In this document: positions 20,198 to 29,425 of the stretch, piece by piece
How the letters are laid out: each line of letters begins with the position of its first letter
Position numbering within the stretch: the stretch's first letter is position 1
From: Bacteroidota bacterium
GTDB lineage: Bacteria; Bacteroidota; Ignavibacteria; Kapaibacteriales; HRBIN21
NCBI GenBank assembly: GCA_030550395.1
Contig: JAUQPL010000001.1
Location: 332,756 to 396,755, forward strand
DNA: 64,000 bases
Direction of reading: 5' to 3'
Program-made: the position numbers and the translations under genes
Notes under the pieces: generated by a model
The model's input: the letters and a program-made list of their open reading frames with translations, nothing else
Database searches by the model: none
What the model was told of the DNA's origin: nothing

Positions 20198-20593
20198 CTA
20201 TGCCGCCTCTTCTGCTGCCGCAGCACGCCGACGCTCGCGCTGCCGGCGACGCTCCTTCAGCCGGAAGTATCTCTGAGACACCCGTTCCTTGTGTTCAGCA
20301 ACCCGACGTTCAATTTCCTCGGCTGGAAGCCCCGCCTTCAGAAGGCGACGCCGTAATAGGATCCCCTCGTAGCTTAGGAGAAGGCGCACAATGTGGGTCG
20401 GACGCGCCCCAACTTCCAGCCAATAAAGCGCCCGGTCTGGTCTGATGACAATCGTGCTCGGAGACGTATTCGGATCATAGTAACCAATGCGCTCAATGAA
20501 GCGCCCATCACGCGGGGAACGGTTGTCTGCGGCAACAATATCGTAGAAGGCATAGTTGCGCCGCCCACGGCGACGCAGTCGTAGCTTCACCAT
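20198..20593 (-). CDS. rpsP: 30S ribosomal protein S16
   Basis: MVKLRLRRRG, SPRDGRFIERIGYYDP, W...GA.PT. Confidence 0.98.
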   Translation of the reverse strand: MVKLRLRRRGRRNYAFYDIVAADNRSPRDGRFIERIGYYDPNTSPSTIVIRPDRALYWLEVGARPTHIVRLLLSYEGILLRRRLLKAGLPAEEIERRVAEHKERVSQRYFRLKERRRQRERRRAAAAEEAA

Positions 20594-20604
20594 CCCAGAC
20601 TCAC

Positions 20605-21927
20605 TTAATTGTTCAACAGACCCTTCATGCTAAGACCAAGCGGCAGACGCCCCTGCTTCCACTGCCGCAGAATCTTTCGCATCTGCTCAAGGTGAGCAAC
20701 AAGACGATTGACCTCCTGGACCGTTGTACCACTTCCCCGGGCAATACGCCGACGGCGGGAGGCATTTAAAATGTGCGGATTCCTCCGCTCCTCCGGCGTC
20801 ATTGACAAGATGATTGCCTCCGCCCGAACGAGAGCTTTCGGGTCCAGCTGAACTACCTTGAGCCATTGTGGGGCCCCCGGCAACAGACGCACTATCTCCG
20901 AAAGAGAACCCATCGCCCGTATGGAACGCAGATACTCCAGGAGGGTCTCAAAGGTCACCTCATCGGATTGCTGTGACGGCTGTCTTACAAGCTCTACCTG
21001 TTGGAAGCGCTCCACCAAGGTTGCCACATCTCCCATCCCCAGGATGCGGCAGACAATCCGTTCGGGGTGGAATGGTTCTAGGGCTTCCGGGCGCTCTCCT
21101 GTACCAATGAATTTGATCGGCACCCCCGTTGCCGCCCGTAACGAAAGTGCTGCCCCCCCACGGGCATCCCCATCCAGCTTCGTCAGTATGATTCCAGTCA
21201 ACCCTATGGCTTGGTGGAAGCTCTCTGCGGTCGGCAAGGCATCCTGCCCTGCCATAGCATCACCGACGAGCAAGACCTCCTCCGGCTGAAATACCTCCCG
21301 CAGCTGCCGGAGCTCTTCCATCAGCTCTGCATCTACAGCAAAGCGACCTGCCGTGTCCGCAATGACGACATCGCGGGCCGAAAGCCGTGCATGCCGTACG
21401 GCTGCTTCCACGAGCGCTTTGGGATCTGGCACCCCTGCAAGGCGGAAGAAGGGCACCCCAATTGTTGCTGCTAAGTGCTCCAATTGCTCCTGCGCTGCTG
21501 GGCGGCGCATATCGCACGAGACCAGCAATGGATGGCGCCCACGCTGGCGTAAGTAAAGGGCAAGCTTGGCAGCTGTTGTCGTCTTCCCCGCGCCGTGGAG
21601 GCCTACAATGAGAATGCGCGTCGGAGGCTTGGATGCGCTACGAAGCGGCACCCATTGCTTGCCCAACAGCCCCACAAGCTCATCGTATATAAGCTTGAGC
21701 AAAAACTGCTCGGGCAATAGCATGGATGGTAGTGAAGCTCCAACTGCCCGCAAGCGGATACGCTGCACTAACTCGCGTACCAGACTGGTATGGACATCCG
21801 CCTCTAACAGGGTTCGCCGCAGTTCCTGAAGAGGTTCCTCTAATTCCTCGGGGCTTAGTGTCCGCACTCCCCGTAATCGGCGTATAACTGCCTGCAGCCG
21901 CTCAGTCAACTGTTCGAACATGAGCAT
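20605..21927 (-). CDS. ffh: Signal recognition particle protein Ffh
   Basis: GAGKTTT, DTAGR, TKLDGDARGGAALS, M domain SRRRRIARGSG. Confidence 0.98.
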   Translation of the reverse strand: MLMFEQLTERLQAVIRRLRGVRTLSPEELEEPLQELRRTLLEADVHTSLVRELVQRIRLRAVGASLPSMLLPEQFLLKLIYDELVGLLGKQWVPLRSASKPPTRILIVGLHGAGKTTTAAKLALYLRQRGRHPLLVSCDMRRPAAQEQLEHLAATIGVPFFRLAGVPDPKALVEAAVRHARLSARDVVIADTAGRFAVDAELMEELRQLREVFQPEEVLLVGDAMAGQDALPTAESFHQAIGLTGIILTKLDGDARGGAALSLRAATGVPIKFIGTGERPEALEPFHPERIVCRILGMGDVATLVERFQQVELVRQPSQQSDEVTFETLLEYLRSIRAMGSLSEIVRLLPGAPQWLKVVQLDPKALVRAEAIILSMTPEERRNPHILNASRRRRIARGSGTTVQEVNRLVAHLEQMRKILRQWKQGRLPLGLSMKGLLNN

Positions 21928-21949
21928 CCCCAGCTTTTCAGCAAGGTTA

Positions 21950-21957
21950 CAAAACTA
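21950..21957 (-). promoter_or_regulatory. -7 promoter element (TAGTTTTG) upstream of ffh
   Basis: Exact TAnnTTTG on the minus strand about 25 nt upstream of the start. Confidence 0.45.
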
Positions 21958-22007
21958 CGCCATCCTTCCAGGAAGGTACCCCCTCCAAATAAACCCCGAT
22001 GCTCCTC

Positions 22008-22038
22008 TTGACAGTTTTAGCCCAACTTCGTAATTTTG
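22008..22038 (+). promoter_or_regulatory. Strong housekeeping-type promoter
   Basis: TTGACA (22008-22013), 17-nt spacer, TAATTT; the same site is an exact TAnnTTTG (22031-22038). Confidence 0.65.
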
Positions 22039-22042
22039 CACT

Positions 22043-22130
22043 GCCTCCTAATGGCCTCCTTTGTGGTGGTGAAAGGTGGGAAGGGGAGTACCCCTCGGCA
22101 GCCAACTGCTGAGGGGTATCCTACTTTTAT
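22043..22130 (+). ncRNA. Candidate small RNA or attenuated leader
   Basis: Lies between a promoter and a terminator; two CCTCCT motifs; hairpin CCTTT-GTGGTGGTG-AAAGG. Confidence 0.5.
22089..22130 (+). terminator. Intrinsic terminator-like hairpin
   Basis: 13-bp stem TACCCCTCGGCAG/CTGCTGAGGGGTA (one G.U), CCAA loop, followed by TCCTACTTTTAT. Confidence 0.6.
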
Positions 22131-22207
22131 AAGGCCGGGTCCCGCACTGGTATTTGCAGCTGTGCGTCAACAGTCGCAGGGTGGTAAGTCGATGTAGGGT
22201 AGTCCTC

Positions 22208-23488
22208 ATGAAGCGCATCATAGGGGTGCTTTGCACTATCTCCTGGGGACTGGCTCAGATTCCAGGCAACCCTCAGCAGCAGCCGGTCGCCTTGGTGAAT
22301 GCAACATTGCACACTGTAACACAGGGCACCATTGAGAACGGAACGCTCGTATTTGACAATGGGCGCATCGTCGCTGTCGGCACCAAGGTAGAGATTCCCT
22401 CCAACGCTCGACGTATTGATTGCACAGGCAAACAGGTATATCCGGGCTTCATCACGGCATACTCCCAGTTGGGTCTTGTTGAGATTGATGCTGCCCGCGC
22501 CACGCGGGACGTTGCCGAGGTTGGGGACTTCAATTCCAACGTGATTGCCGCAACAGCGTATAATGTTGAAAGCGAGATCCTCCCCACGGTTCGAGCCAAC
22601 GGAGTCCTTATTGCCCACATAGTCCCATTGGGCGGACTTGTGACGGGGCGCAGTTCTATCGTTTCCTTGGATGGATGGAATGCTCCCGAAGCCACGCTCC
22701 GCCGAGTAGCCGGTCTCGTGGTCTCCTTCCCTTCACTCAGTCTCCGGCAAGCGTGGTGGGATCGCCGTCCGGCAGAGGAGCGCCAAAAAGAACAGCAGAA
22801 GCAGCTCCAGAAGTTGTACGACTTCTTCGAGCAAGCTCGCCAATATGCACGGGCTGCTGCAGCAGGAATGCTCCGTGAGCGTGATCTCCGGCTGGAAGCT
22901 ATACGCGCGGCGTTCACAGACTCTTTACCAGTCTTCATACTGGCCGACGAATACCCACAGCTACTGGAGGCACTCCGCTTTGCTCGGCATTTCGGACTCC
23001 GCCCCGTCCTTGTCGGGGCAGCCGATGCTTGGCGCTGCCTGGAAGAAATTCGCTCTGCCGGTGCTTCCATTATCCTCCGCCGGGTCCACCGCCTACCCCA
23101 ACGGGATGAAGAGCCATTGGATATTGCCTACCGCCTTCCCGCTCTTCTGGAACAGGCGGGCATCCGTTTCGCTATTGCCGAGGATCACACGTGGCCTCAG
23201 CGTAATCTGCCCTTCAACGTTGGCACAGCTATCGCCTTCGGACTCTCACGAGAAGCAGCTCTGCGTTCCGTCACCCTGTGGGCCGCCCAAATACTGGGCG
23301 TTGACGACCGCCTGGGCTCACTGGAGATCGGCAAAGATGCCACTCTCATCGTTTGCTCCGGTGATCCCTTTGACGTTCGCACCAATCGGGTCGAATATGC
23401 TTTCATCCAAGGACGGGCTGTAGACCTCCAAAGTCGTCATACGCGCTTGGCTGAGAAATACCGCCAACGCTACCGTCCCCAGCGATGA
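22208..23488 (+). CDS. Secreted amidohydrolase-family protein (imidazolonepropionase-like fold, metal ligands degenerate)
   Basis: Signal peptide; VYPGFI; GVDDRLGSLEIGKDATL; HxH position reads AYSQ. Confidence 0.85.
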   Translation: MKRIIGVLCTISWGLAQIPGNPQQQPVALVNATLHTVTQGTIENGTLVFDNGRIVAVGTKVEIPSNARRIDCTGKQVYPGFITAYSQLGLVEIDAARATRDVAEVGDFNSNVIAATAYNVESEILPTVRANGVLIAHIVPLGGLVTGRSSIVSLDGWNAPEATLRRVAGLVVSFPSLSLRQAWWDRRPAEERQKEQQKQLQKLYDFFEQARQYARAAAAGMLRERDLRLEAIRAAFTDSLPVFILADEYPQLLEALRFARHFGLRPVLVGAADAWRCLEEIRSAGASIILRRVHRLPQRDEEPLDIAYRLPALLEQAGIRFAIAEDHTWPQRNLPFNVGTAIAFGLSREAALRSVTLWAAQILGVDDRLGSLEIGKDATLIVCSGDPFDVRTNRVEYAFIQGRAVDLQSRHTRLAEKYRQRYRPQR

Positions 23489-24378
23489 TAGAAGGACAGC
23501 TACTGGAGCACTTCCCTGTTGCCATTCCCGCCCAGACTCGCTCCCTCTTCCGGCGCCGCCTATCAGCGGAGGAGTTCTCCCGATTCTGCCGTGTACGCCT
23601 CTTCAGCATTACGTACTGGAGCCAGGGGTTGCGAATCCGGGGCTATCTTGCGCTGCCGGCCGACCTTTCCGAACCAGCACCGGCTATCATCTTTAACCAT
23701 GGTGGGAGCGGAGAACGGTCTGCTTTAACCCCGCACACGGCTGCAGCTACCATCGGGTTATTCGCCGCATGGGGCTATGTTGCCATCGCCAGCCAATACC
23801 GCGGCATCGGGGGTAGCGAAGGGCAGGAAGAATGGGGAGGTGCCGACGTAGATGATGCCTTAGCCCTATTGCCCCTTTTGGAACGGCTCCCCGAGGTTGA
23901 CCCCGACCGCATCGGGCTTGTTGGTGGCAGCCGTGGCGGGATGATGGCCCTGCAGATGCTACGGCGCACCACCCGTTTCCGAGCAGCCGTTACCATTGGA
24001 GCTCCTACTATGCTCCATGCTCTACCCCTGACTGATCCTCTCTACCGTACGATGCTCCGCTTTCTCCCGCCAGGGGTTTCCCCCTCCACTGCCGCCGCTG
24101 AACGCTCCGCACTTCTGTGGGCTGAGGAACTTTGCAAGACTACTCCACTTCTGGTTCTCCACGGCACGGGAGATCGACGGGTTTCGCCCGAACACGCTCT
24201 CTACTTTGCGCTCGCTCTCCAGAGAGTACGTCACCCCTACAAGCTTATCCTCTACGACCATGCAGACCACGTCTTAGCAGGGCGCTGGGCAGAAAGCACC
24301 GCCGATATCCGCTGGTGGCTGGATCACTATGTCCGCCACCGTGCCCCGCTGCCCAAGGTCGGACCCCACGGCGCCTGA
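23485..24378 (+). CDS. S9/prolyl oligopeptidase-family alpha/beta hydrolase
   Basis: FNHGG, ASQYRG, GGSRGG nucleophile elbow, HGTGD.RV, DH. Confidence 0.88.
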   Translation: MIEGQLLEHFPVAIPAQTRSLFRRRLSAEEFSRFCRVRLFSITYWSQGLRIRGYLALPADLSEPAPAIIFNHGGSGERSALTPHTAAATIGLFAAWGYVAIASQYRGIGGSEGQEEWGGADVDDALALLPLLERLPEVDPDRIGLVGGSRGGMMALQMLRRTTRFRAAVTIGAPTMLHALPLTDPLYRTMLRFLPPGVSPSTAAAERSALLWAEELCKTTPLLVLHGTGDRRVSPEHALYFALALQRVRHPYKLILYDHADHVLAGRWAESTADIRWWLDHYVRHRAPLPKVGPHGA

Positions 24379-25424
24379 ATCTTTCCGTGCTGAGCACGGA
24401 TGTGCTCCCGGAGTATCTCCAGGGCATGCAAGACATGGTGCGGCTGAAGAAGTTTCATGCAATGGAAATGCCCAAGCGGGCAGCGCTCTCTCCCAATATG
24501 CGTGCACGGGCGGCACGGAAGCGGATACTGAACCACCTCGTGCAATACGCCAAAGGGACGGAACCCAAGCTCTGGCACCGTTGAGCCAAAGAGCACAACC
24601 ACCGGGGTTCGCCGAGCCGCTGCCAGATGGAGTACGCCGCTATCATTCCCCACGGCAACATCTACCGAATCCAATACCCGGGCAAGTTCCAGCAGCGACG
24701 GCGTAACGACGAGTTCCCTTACGGAACCAATGGCTTTAGCCATCAACCGTGCCTCTGCCCCCGCAGAGGGCTCCCCGATGAGAACAACCTCGCATCCTCG
24801 CTGGGATAGAAGGCGTCCAAGAGCAATGAAGGAATCCGACATCCAACGCTTTGTCACATGCCGTGCTCCCGGGATGAGAGCAATTCGCTGGAAATCCGAG
24901 GGCAACCGACGAAGCGTCGGCGGATAAACCCGCGCTGTGCGTTCTTCAGGAAGCCAACACTCCAGCCCTTCTCCATCCTCACGAACTCCTAAGGCAGCAA
25001 CGGCCCGGCGGTAGCGCTCCGGTACGGGAAGCAGTTCCCACCAGCCCCACCGCTTTGCCCAAAGGAGCAACGTCTTCCGCCAACGCTGCTTCGGGGCACG
25101 GAAAAGCCGTGCCCGACTTCCCCAGCGAAGATACCAGCTCCGCCAATTCCGATGCAGGTCTATAATCCATAGCTCCTCCCTCGGGTTGCGCAGTCCCTCC
25201 CGCAACCGCCGTCGCTCCCTGCCTGCTTGCCAAAAGGCCCCCTCAGCCTCATACGGCACAACAGCGGTTACCCGTGGATTGTACATGACCACTTCCTGGT
25301 ACTGCCGCCGGACTACAACAACTACCTCTGCCTCCGAGAATCGGTACCGAAGCTGGCGCAGTAGAGGGGTCATCAGCAGCACATCCCCCAGCGAACTGAG
25401 CCGGATGACAGCAATTCGAAGCAT
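24327..25424 (-). CDS. Glycosyltransferase family 9 (LPS heptosyltransferase-like)
   Basis: IRLSSLGDV, PGA....KRW, NDSG..HLAAA, C.PC...G...C. Confidence 0.92.
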   Translation of the reverse strand: MLRIAVIRLSSLGDVLLMTPLLRQLRYRFSEAEVVVVVRRQYQEVVMYNPRVTAVVPYEAEGAFWQAGRERRRLREGLRNPREELWIIDLHRNWRSWYLRWGSRARLFRAPKQRWRKTLLLWAKRWGWWELLPVPERYRRAVAALGVREDGEGLECWLPEERTARVYPPTLRRLPSDFQRIALIPGARHVTKRWMSDSFIALGRLLSQRGCEVVLIGEPSAGAEARLMAKAIGSVRELVVTPSLLELARVLDSVDVAVGNDSGVLHLAAARRTPVVVLFGSTVPELGFRPFGVLHEVVQYPLPCRPCTHIGRERCPLGHFHCMKLLQPHHVLHALEILREHIRAQHGKIQAPWGPTLGSGARWRT

Positions 25425-25426
25425 CC

Positions 25427-25876
25427 TCACGCCCCCGCCTCTCGCTCTATCCAAATCGTGACAGGTCCATCATTGAGCAACTCCACCTCCATCATGGCGC
25501 CAAAAATGCCCTCGGCAACGGAAACTGGATAACGACGGCAGAGTTGGACAAACTCCTCGTAAAGCTGTCGGGCCTGTTCCGGTGGTGCCGCATCCGTGAA
25601 ACTCGGACGGAATCCACGGCGAACGTCCCCGTAGAGGGTGAATTGTGAAACGATGAGGAGCCCACCACCGACCTCTTGCACCGAACAGTTCATCCGCCCC
25701 TCGGCATCGGGGAAAACACGTAGATGCACAAGCTTATGCGCCATCCACTGTAAAACGCTCACCGTATCACTATGGGCAAAGCCAGCAAAAACCAACAGCC
25801 CATGTCCAATTTCCCCGACAACGCTTCCATTGACTCGCACACGGGCGTAGCGCACTCGCTGCACCAAGGCACGCAT
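25427..25876 (-). CDS. dtd: D-aminoacyl-tRNA deacylase
   Basis: MRALVQRV, SQFTLYG, FGAMM.V.L.NDGPVT. Confidence 0.97.
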   Translation of the reverse strand: MRALVQRVRYARVRVNGSVVGEIGHGLLVFAGFAHSDTVSVLQWMAHKLVHLRVFPDAEGRMNCSVQEVGGGLLIVSQFTLYGDVRRGFRPSFTDAAPPEQARQLYEEFVQLCRRYPVSVAEGIFGAMMEVELLNDGPVTIWIEREAGA

Positions 25877-25881
25877 GCGTT

Positions 25882-26091
25882 CTATCCTACACCAAACGGA
25901 TATCCATTCCCACCGGCAATCCCCTTCTGACGCCACCGCCGAAGCACGTATGCCACCAGCGGCGGGGCAAAAACTAATACCAGCAACACAACGCCAGTAA
26001 GCCAGTAGACCACCGCAGCGACCGCAACACCGGCCAGAAGGAGGAGAATTGAAACAAGCCACACCAGCCGTTCCGTTTCGCGCTCACGCAT
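25882..26091 (-). CDS. Small membrane protein (69 aa)
   Basis: ATG at 26091 overlaps the upstream stop; long hydrophobic segment flanked by basic residues; fills the gap in the operon. Confidence 0.6.
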   Translation of the reverse strand: MRERETERLVWLVSILLLLAGVAVAAVVYWLTGVVLLVLVFAPPLVAYVLRRWRQKGIAGGNGYPFGVG

Positions 26092-27517
26092 GGTCGTTCT
26101 GAGCAATAAGCGTCTGCAATCCCCGCGGTATCTGTGAATGGAGTTGTCCCCGGCCGTAGAGTCCACATCCCAATTCGAACCGGCGATACCGCACGTGGAC
26201 AAAACCTGGTTCGACATCAGCAAGAATGTTTTGCGACTGACCATTTACGAATCGCAACGCCGCAGCACGCTCCGGAAGTTCGAGGACGTTCCGCCGCGCT
26301 TCCCGTCCCAAAAGCTGCAGTGCTGCTGTCTTCGGCTTGATATGCTTCCGCTTGTAGCTAAGAAGCGGAATCCCGACGCTCTCGGGAATAACTCCCGCTG
26401 GGGATTCAACCTCTGGAAGCGCCATCCACAGAGTCTCCTGACCCCGCATCCAATAGCGGTATGCGGCAAACAACTCCGGCGCGAAACCAAAACGCTGGCA
26501 TAATGCGGCAATGCCCTCCGTTCGCGTCGCTGGCTCCATAGGTACACGAGGCTTCAGCACCGATGGCAACGCAGATGCGGGCATGGGGACATCCGTACGG
26601 CGGATGCGGGCCACGAAAAACCCTCCCGTGTCATTTAGGTGGGGCCAGAAACGAAGCGCGTATCCCACATCGTGTCGCAAGCTCTTTCCTGCCCACTGCG
26701 TAACCCCCGGCATTGCTCGCAGACCGGCGATAGAGAAGGGTTCAACAACTCCGTAATCGCCCAGTACCGCATCCAACACCATTTCGTTTTCCTCTGGGGC
26801 AAAGGTACAGGTGCTATAGACGACGATACCCCCTGGCTTGACCAACTGAAGGGCTCGTCGTAACAATGCCCGCTGGAGTGCAGCACATGCCCGTCGGAAG
26901 CGCTCCGTCACGGGGCGCCAGCGCTGACTAGGCTTGCGAACTGTTCCCTCACCCGTACATGGGGCATCAACTAAAACACGGTCCCAGATCCCTTCGGGAG
27001 CCGGGAAAAGACGCCCATCATACCATGTGACAACCACATTCAACAATCCCAGCCGATCAACCGTTGCCCGTAAGCTGGAAAGGCGCTCCATCTGCCGCTC
27101 GTTTGCAATCACAACCCCTGTCGGACGGAGTCGCACGGCAATTTGCGCTGTCTTTCCTCCAGGGGCCGCACACAGGTCAAGAATACGTTCCCCCGGCTGT
27201 GGATCTAAGGCAACAACGGCCGACATGGCAATTTCCTCTTGCACGTAGTACCATCCCGCTACGAACGGCAGTGTCGCCCCTGGACGCTCTCCATTCAGCA
27301 GGCGGAATGCTCCCGGATACCAGGAAATAGGCTCAAGCCGCAAGCCCTCCTCTGCACAGTATGCCTGGAACTCCTCTACCGTCGCCTTGATCGGATTGAC
27401 CCAAAGGCAAGGCGTCAAGGGAGTATACAAACACGCCCACAAAGCTTGGGGATCATCCACCAGCGGCATGTACCGTCGGAAAGCTTCCTCCCATCCCGCA
27501 CGCTCCATTGCTGCCAT
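26084..27517 (-). CDS. RsmB/RsmF (NOL1/NOP2) RNA m5C methyltransferase
   Basis: LDLCAAPGGKT, VLVDAPCTGEG, YSTCT..PEENE, PH..DT.GFF; RsmF-like C-terminal domain. Confidence 0.93.
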   Translation of the reverse strand: MAAMERAGWEEAFRRYMPLVDDPQALWACLYTPLTPCLWVNPIKATVEEFQAYCAEEGLRLEPISWYPGAFRLLNGERPGATLPFVAGWYYVQEEIAMSAVVALDPQPGERILDLCAAPGGKTAQIAVRLRPTGVVIANERQMERLSSLRATVDRLGLLNVVVTWYDGRLFPAPEGIWDRVLVDAPCTGEGTVRKPSQRWRPVTERFRRACAALQRALLRRALQLVKPGGIVVYSTCTFAPEENEMVLDAVLGDYGVVEPFSIAGLRAMPGVTQWAGKSLRHDVGYALRFWPHLNDTGGFFVARIRRTDVPMPASALPSVLKPRVPMEPATRTEGIAALCQRFGFAPELFAAYRYWMRGQETLWMALPEVESPAGVIPESVGIPLLSYKRKHIKPKTAALQLLGREARRNVLELPERAAALRFVNGQSQNILADVEPGFVHVRYRRFELGCGLYGRGQLHSQIPRGLQTLIAQNDHA

Positions 27518-27555
27518 CTTTTGGACTTGGTCGCACTCAATGACGTGTGACGGAC

Positions 27556-27563
27556 TAAATTTG
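27556..27563 (+). promoter_or_regulatory. -7 promoter element (TAAATTTG) upstream of the lptG-like gene
   Basis: Exact TAnnTTTG in the divergent intergenic gap. Confidence 0.45.
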
Positions 27564-27587
27564 TAGCCATAGGCAAACCACAGCTCA

Positions 27588-28670
27588 ATGTGTCGTCTGA
27601 CGACATACCTGCTTCGCCAGATCGGAGCCGTCTTTGTCTTTACGCTCGTGGCGCTATGTCTGATCTTCGTCATCGTCAACCTGATTGAAAATTTAGACGA
27701 CTTCCTCGATACCGGTACTCCAGCGGCGGTTATCGCTGAGTACTACGTGATTTTCCTGCCAGAGATGCTCAAGTATCTGGCTCCCGTTGCCACGCTTTTG
27801 GCATGCTTGTTCGGTATCGGACGGCTGACACAACGCCACGAGATCACCGCCATGAAAGCCGCTGGGGTAGGTTTGCCCCAGCTTGGGGCCCCTATCTTCG
27901 GAGCAGCAGTGCTATTGAGTTGCGCACAACTACTCCTCAACGGCTGGATCGTACCGCGGGCAACCGAACGCAAGCTGGCCATTGAACGGCGTTACTTACA
28001 ACGCTCACTGCAAAGTCGCATACTGTTCAACATAGCCTTCCGAGATAGCCCGAGCCTCATTGTTCTCCTGCACCGTTACGAACCCGACGAGTACCGGGCA
28101 TACGGGGTAGCAGTAGAGGAGTTTACCGCGGACACCTACTCCCCTCGGTGGAAGCGGCGGATGGAAGCTGAAGAAATGGTATGGGATAGCGCTACCGGAC
28201 GGTGGCACTTGTTTCGGGTCCTCGAGCGAACTTACGGCGATACAGTCCAGACTGTTACTATCGCCGAAACGACATTAGTGCTCCGCCTTACTCATCAGAC
28301 TATTCTCCGCCTCCAGCGTACCCCTGCAGAAATGACCCTGCCGGAGTTGCGGCACTACATTGCTACGCTCTCCACTGGAGGACAGGACGTCCGCCCCCTA
28401 CAGGTCAACTACTACAGCGAGTATGCTCTGCCCTTTGCCCACTTAATCGTAGCTCTGCTTTCCGTTCCCCTGGCAGCTGTCTATCGCCGCGCTGGATTAG
28501 CAGCGCAATTTGGAACAGCCGCCGTACTCGCCTTCACATACATGGTTCTCACCCGTATTAGCCAAACCCTCGGTGCCGTCACCCCTTTCCCACCACCGAT
28601 TGCCGGCTGGCTGACCAATGGCGTGTTCCTCATCGCTGGAGGTGTAATCCTATGGCGGACACGAACGTAA
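27588..28670 (+). CDS. LPS export ABC transporter permease, LptF/LptG family
   Basis: EITAMKAAG motif, 3+3 TM architecture with periplasmic beta domain, AGWL.N. Confidence 0.9.
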   Translation: MCRLTTYLLRQIGAVFVFTLVALCLIFVIVNLIENLDDFLDTGTPAAVIAEYYVIFLPEMLKYLAPVATLLACLFGIGRLTQRHEITAMKAAGVGLPQLGAPIFGAAVLLSCAQLLLNGWIVPRATERKLAIERRYLQRSLQSRILFNIAFRDSPSLIVLLHRYEPDEYRAYGVAVEEFTADTYSPRWKRRMEAEEMVWDSATGRWHLFRVLERTYGDTVQTVTIAETTLVLRLTHQTILRLQRTPAEMTLPELRHYIATLSTGGQDVRPLQVNYYSEYALPFAHLIVALLSVPLAAVYRRAGLAAQFGTAAVLAFTYMVLTRISQTLGAVTPFPPPIAGWLTNGVFLIAGGVILWRTRT

Positions 28671-29425
28671 AGGAGCTGCTCTACGAAAAAGCTCAACAAC
28701 TCTTGAGCCAGCATGGGAGGCTCTACACTCTGCTTGTAACGCTGCGTTGGGCTACTACCGGCGCTGACGATGGGGGGATACCAAGGCAGGGTTGGTGGCG
28801 CGGTGGAATCCGATGGCTGGAGGCAGTGGTTGTGCCTTTCTATATGCCGTGGGCAAGCGGATTTGTCTTCCTGGGTGCTGCCGTGCTGCTGCTCTTACTG
28901 GGCATCCGCCGCTTCACCGGTGTTATTGGCGAGGAACCCATCATCGCTGCCTTCGTTGCCGAAGGCTTTTTCCTGCTCGTGCTCTTCCTGCTTCTCCTCC
29001 TTGCCCCCGGCTCTCCATCATCCACCCGCAGTGACGAACTATCAACCCTTGTCCACGACCTCAACGATATCGCAACGGACATAACCCGCATCGTGGAGAG
29101 CCACGATCAACTCTTGCAGCGTTGGCAGGAAAGTACAGAGTCCCAGTCCATCGCTCTCCAGAGACTCGACCAATTGCTCCAAAAGCTCCAGCAGCTCCCG
29201 TTACCAGGGGCGGCTCTTGTGGCGGAGCTCCAGCAGCTCCAGCAAGCCCTCTCCCAACTGAACGCTACCATACGGCAGACGGTGGACGAACTCCAGCACT
29301 GGCGGAACCAGCAGCTACAGAGCCTGGTCCAACAGGAACTGGCACGAATACTGGCAACCTACGCACGGACAGTCGCTGCCCCTGACTCTGGCTCACCTTC
29401 TGGGGAATCATCCCACCATGCGTAG
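28652..29425 (+). CDS. Two-TM plus cytoplasmic coiled-coil protein, divergent GldL/PorL-like
   Basis: TM1 FLGAAVLLLLLGIR, TM2 with intramembrane Glu (VAEGFFLL), Gln/Leu coiled coil. Confidence 0.55.
   Translation: MADTNVKELLYEKAQQLLSQHGRLYTLLVTLRWATTGADDGGIPRQGWWRGGIRWLEAVVVPFYMPWASGFVFLGAAVLLLLLGIRRFTGVIGEEPIIAAFVAEGFFLLVLFLLLLLAPGSPSSTRSDELSTLVHDLNDIATDITRIVESHDQLLQRWQESTESQSIALQRLDQLLQKLQQLPLPGAALVAELQQLQQALSQLNATIRQTVDELQHWRNQQLQSLVQQELARILATYARTVAAPDSGSPSGESSHHA

Noticed and set aside
22043-22130. SRP RNA (ffs) next to ffh
   Set aside because: The conserved helix-8 CAGG...GNRA...AGCAG motif is absent and it is not a single long hairpin
22051-22197. 48-aa ORF with Val-Val-Val as a possible attenuator leader peptide
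   Set aside because: It has no SD, reads through the terminator without an early stop, and the same motif at 14735-14743 is in a different frame, so the signal looks nucleotide-level
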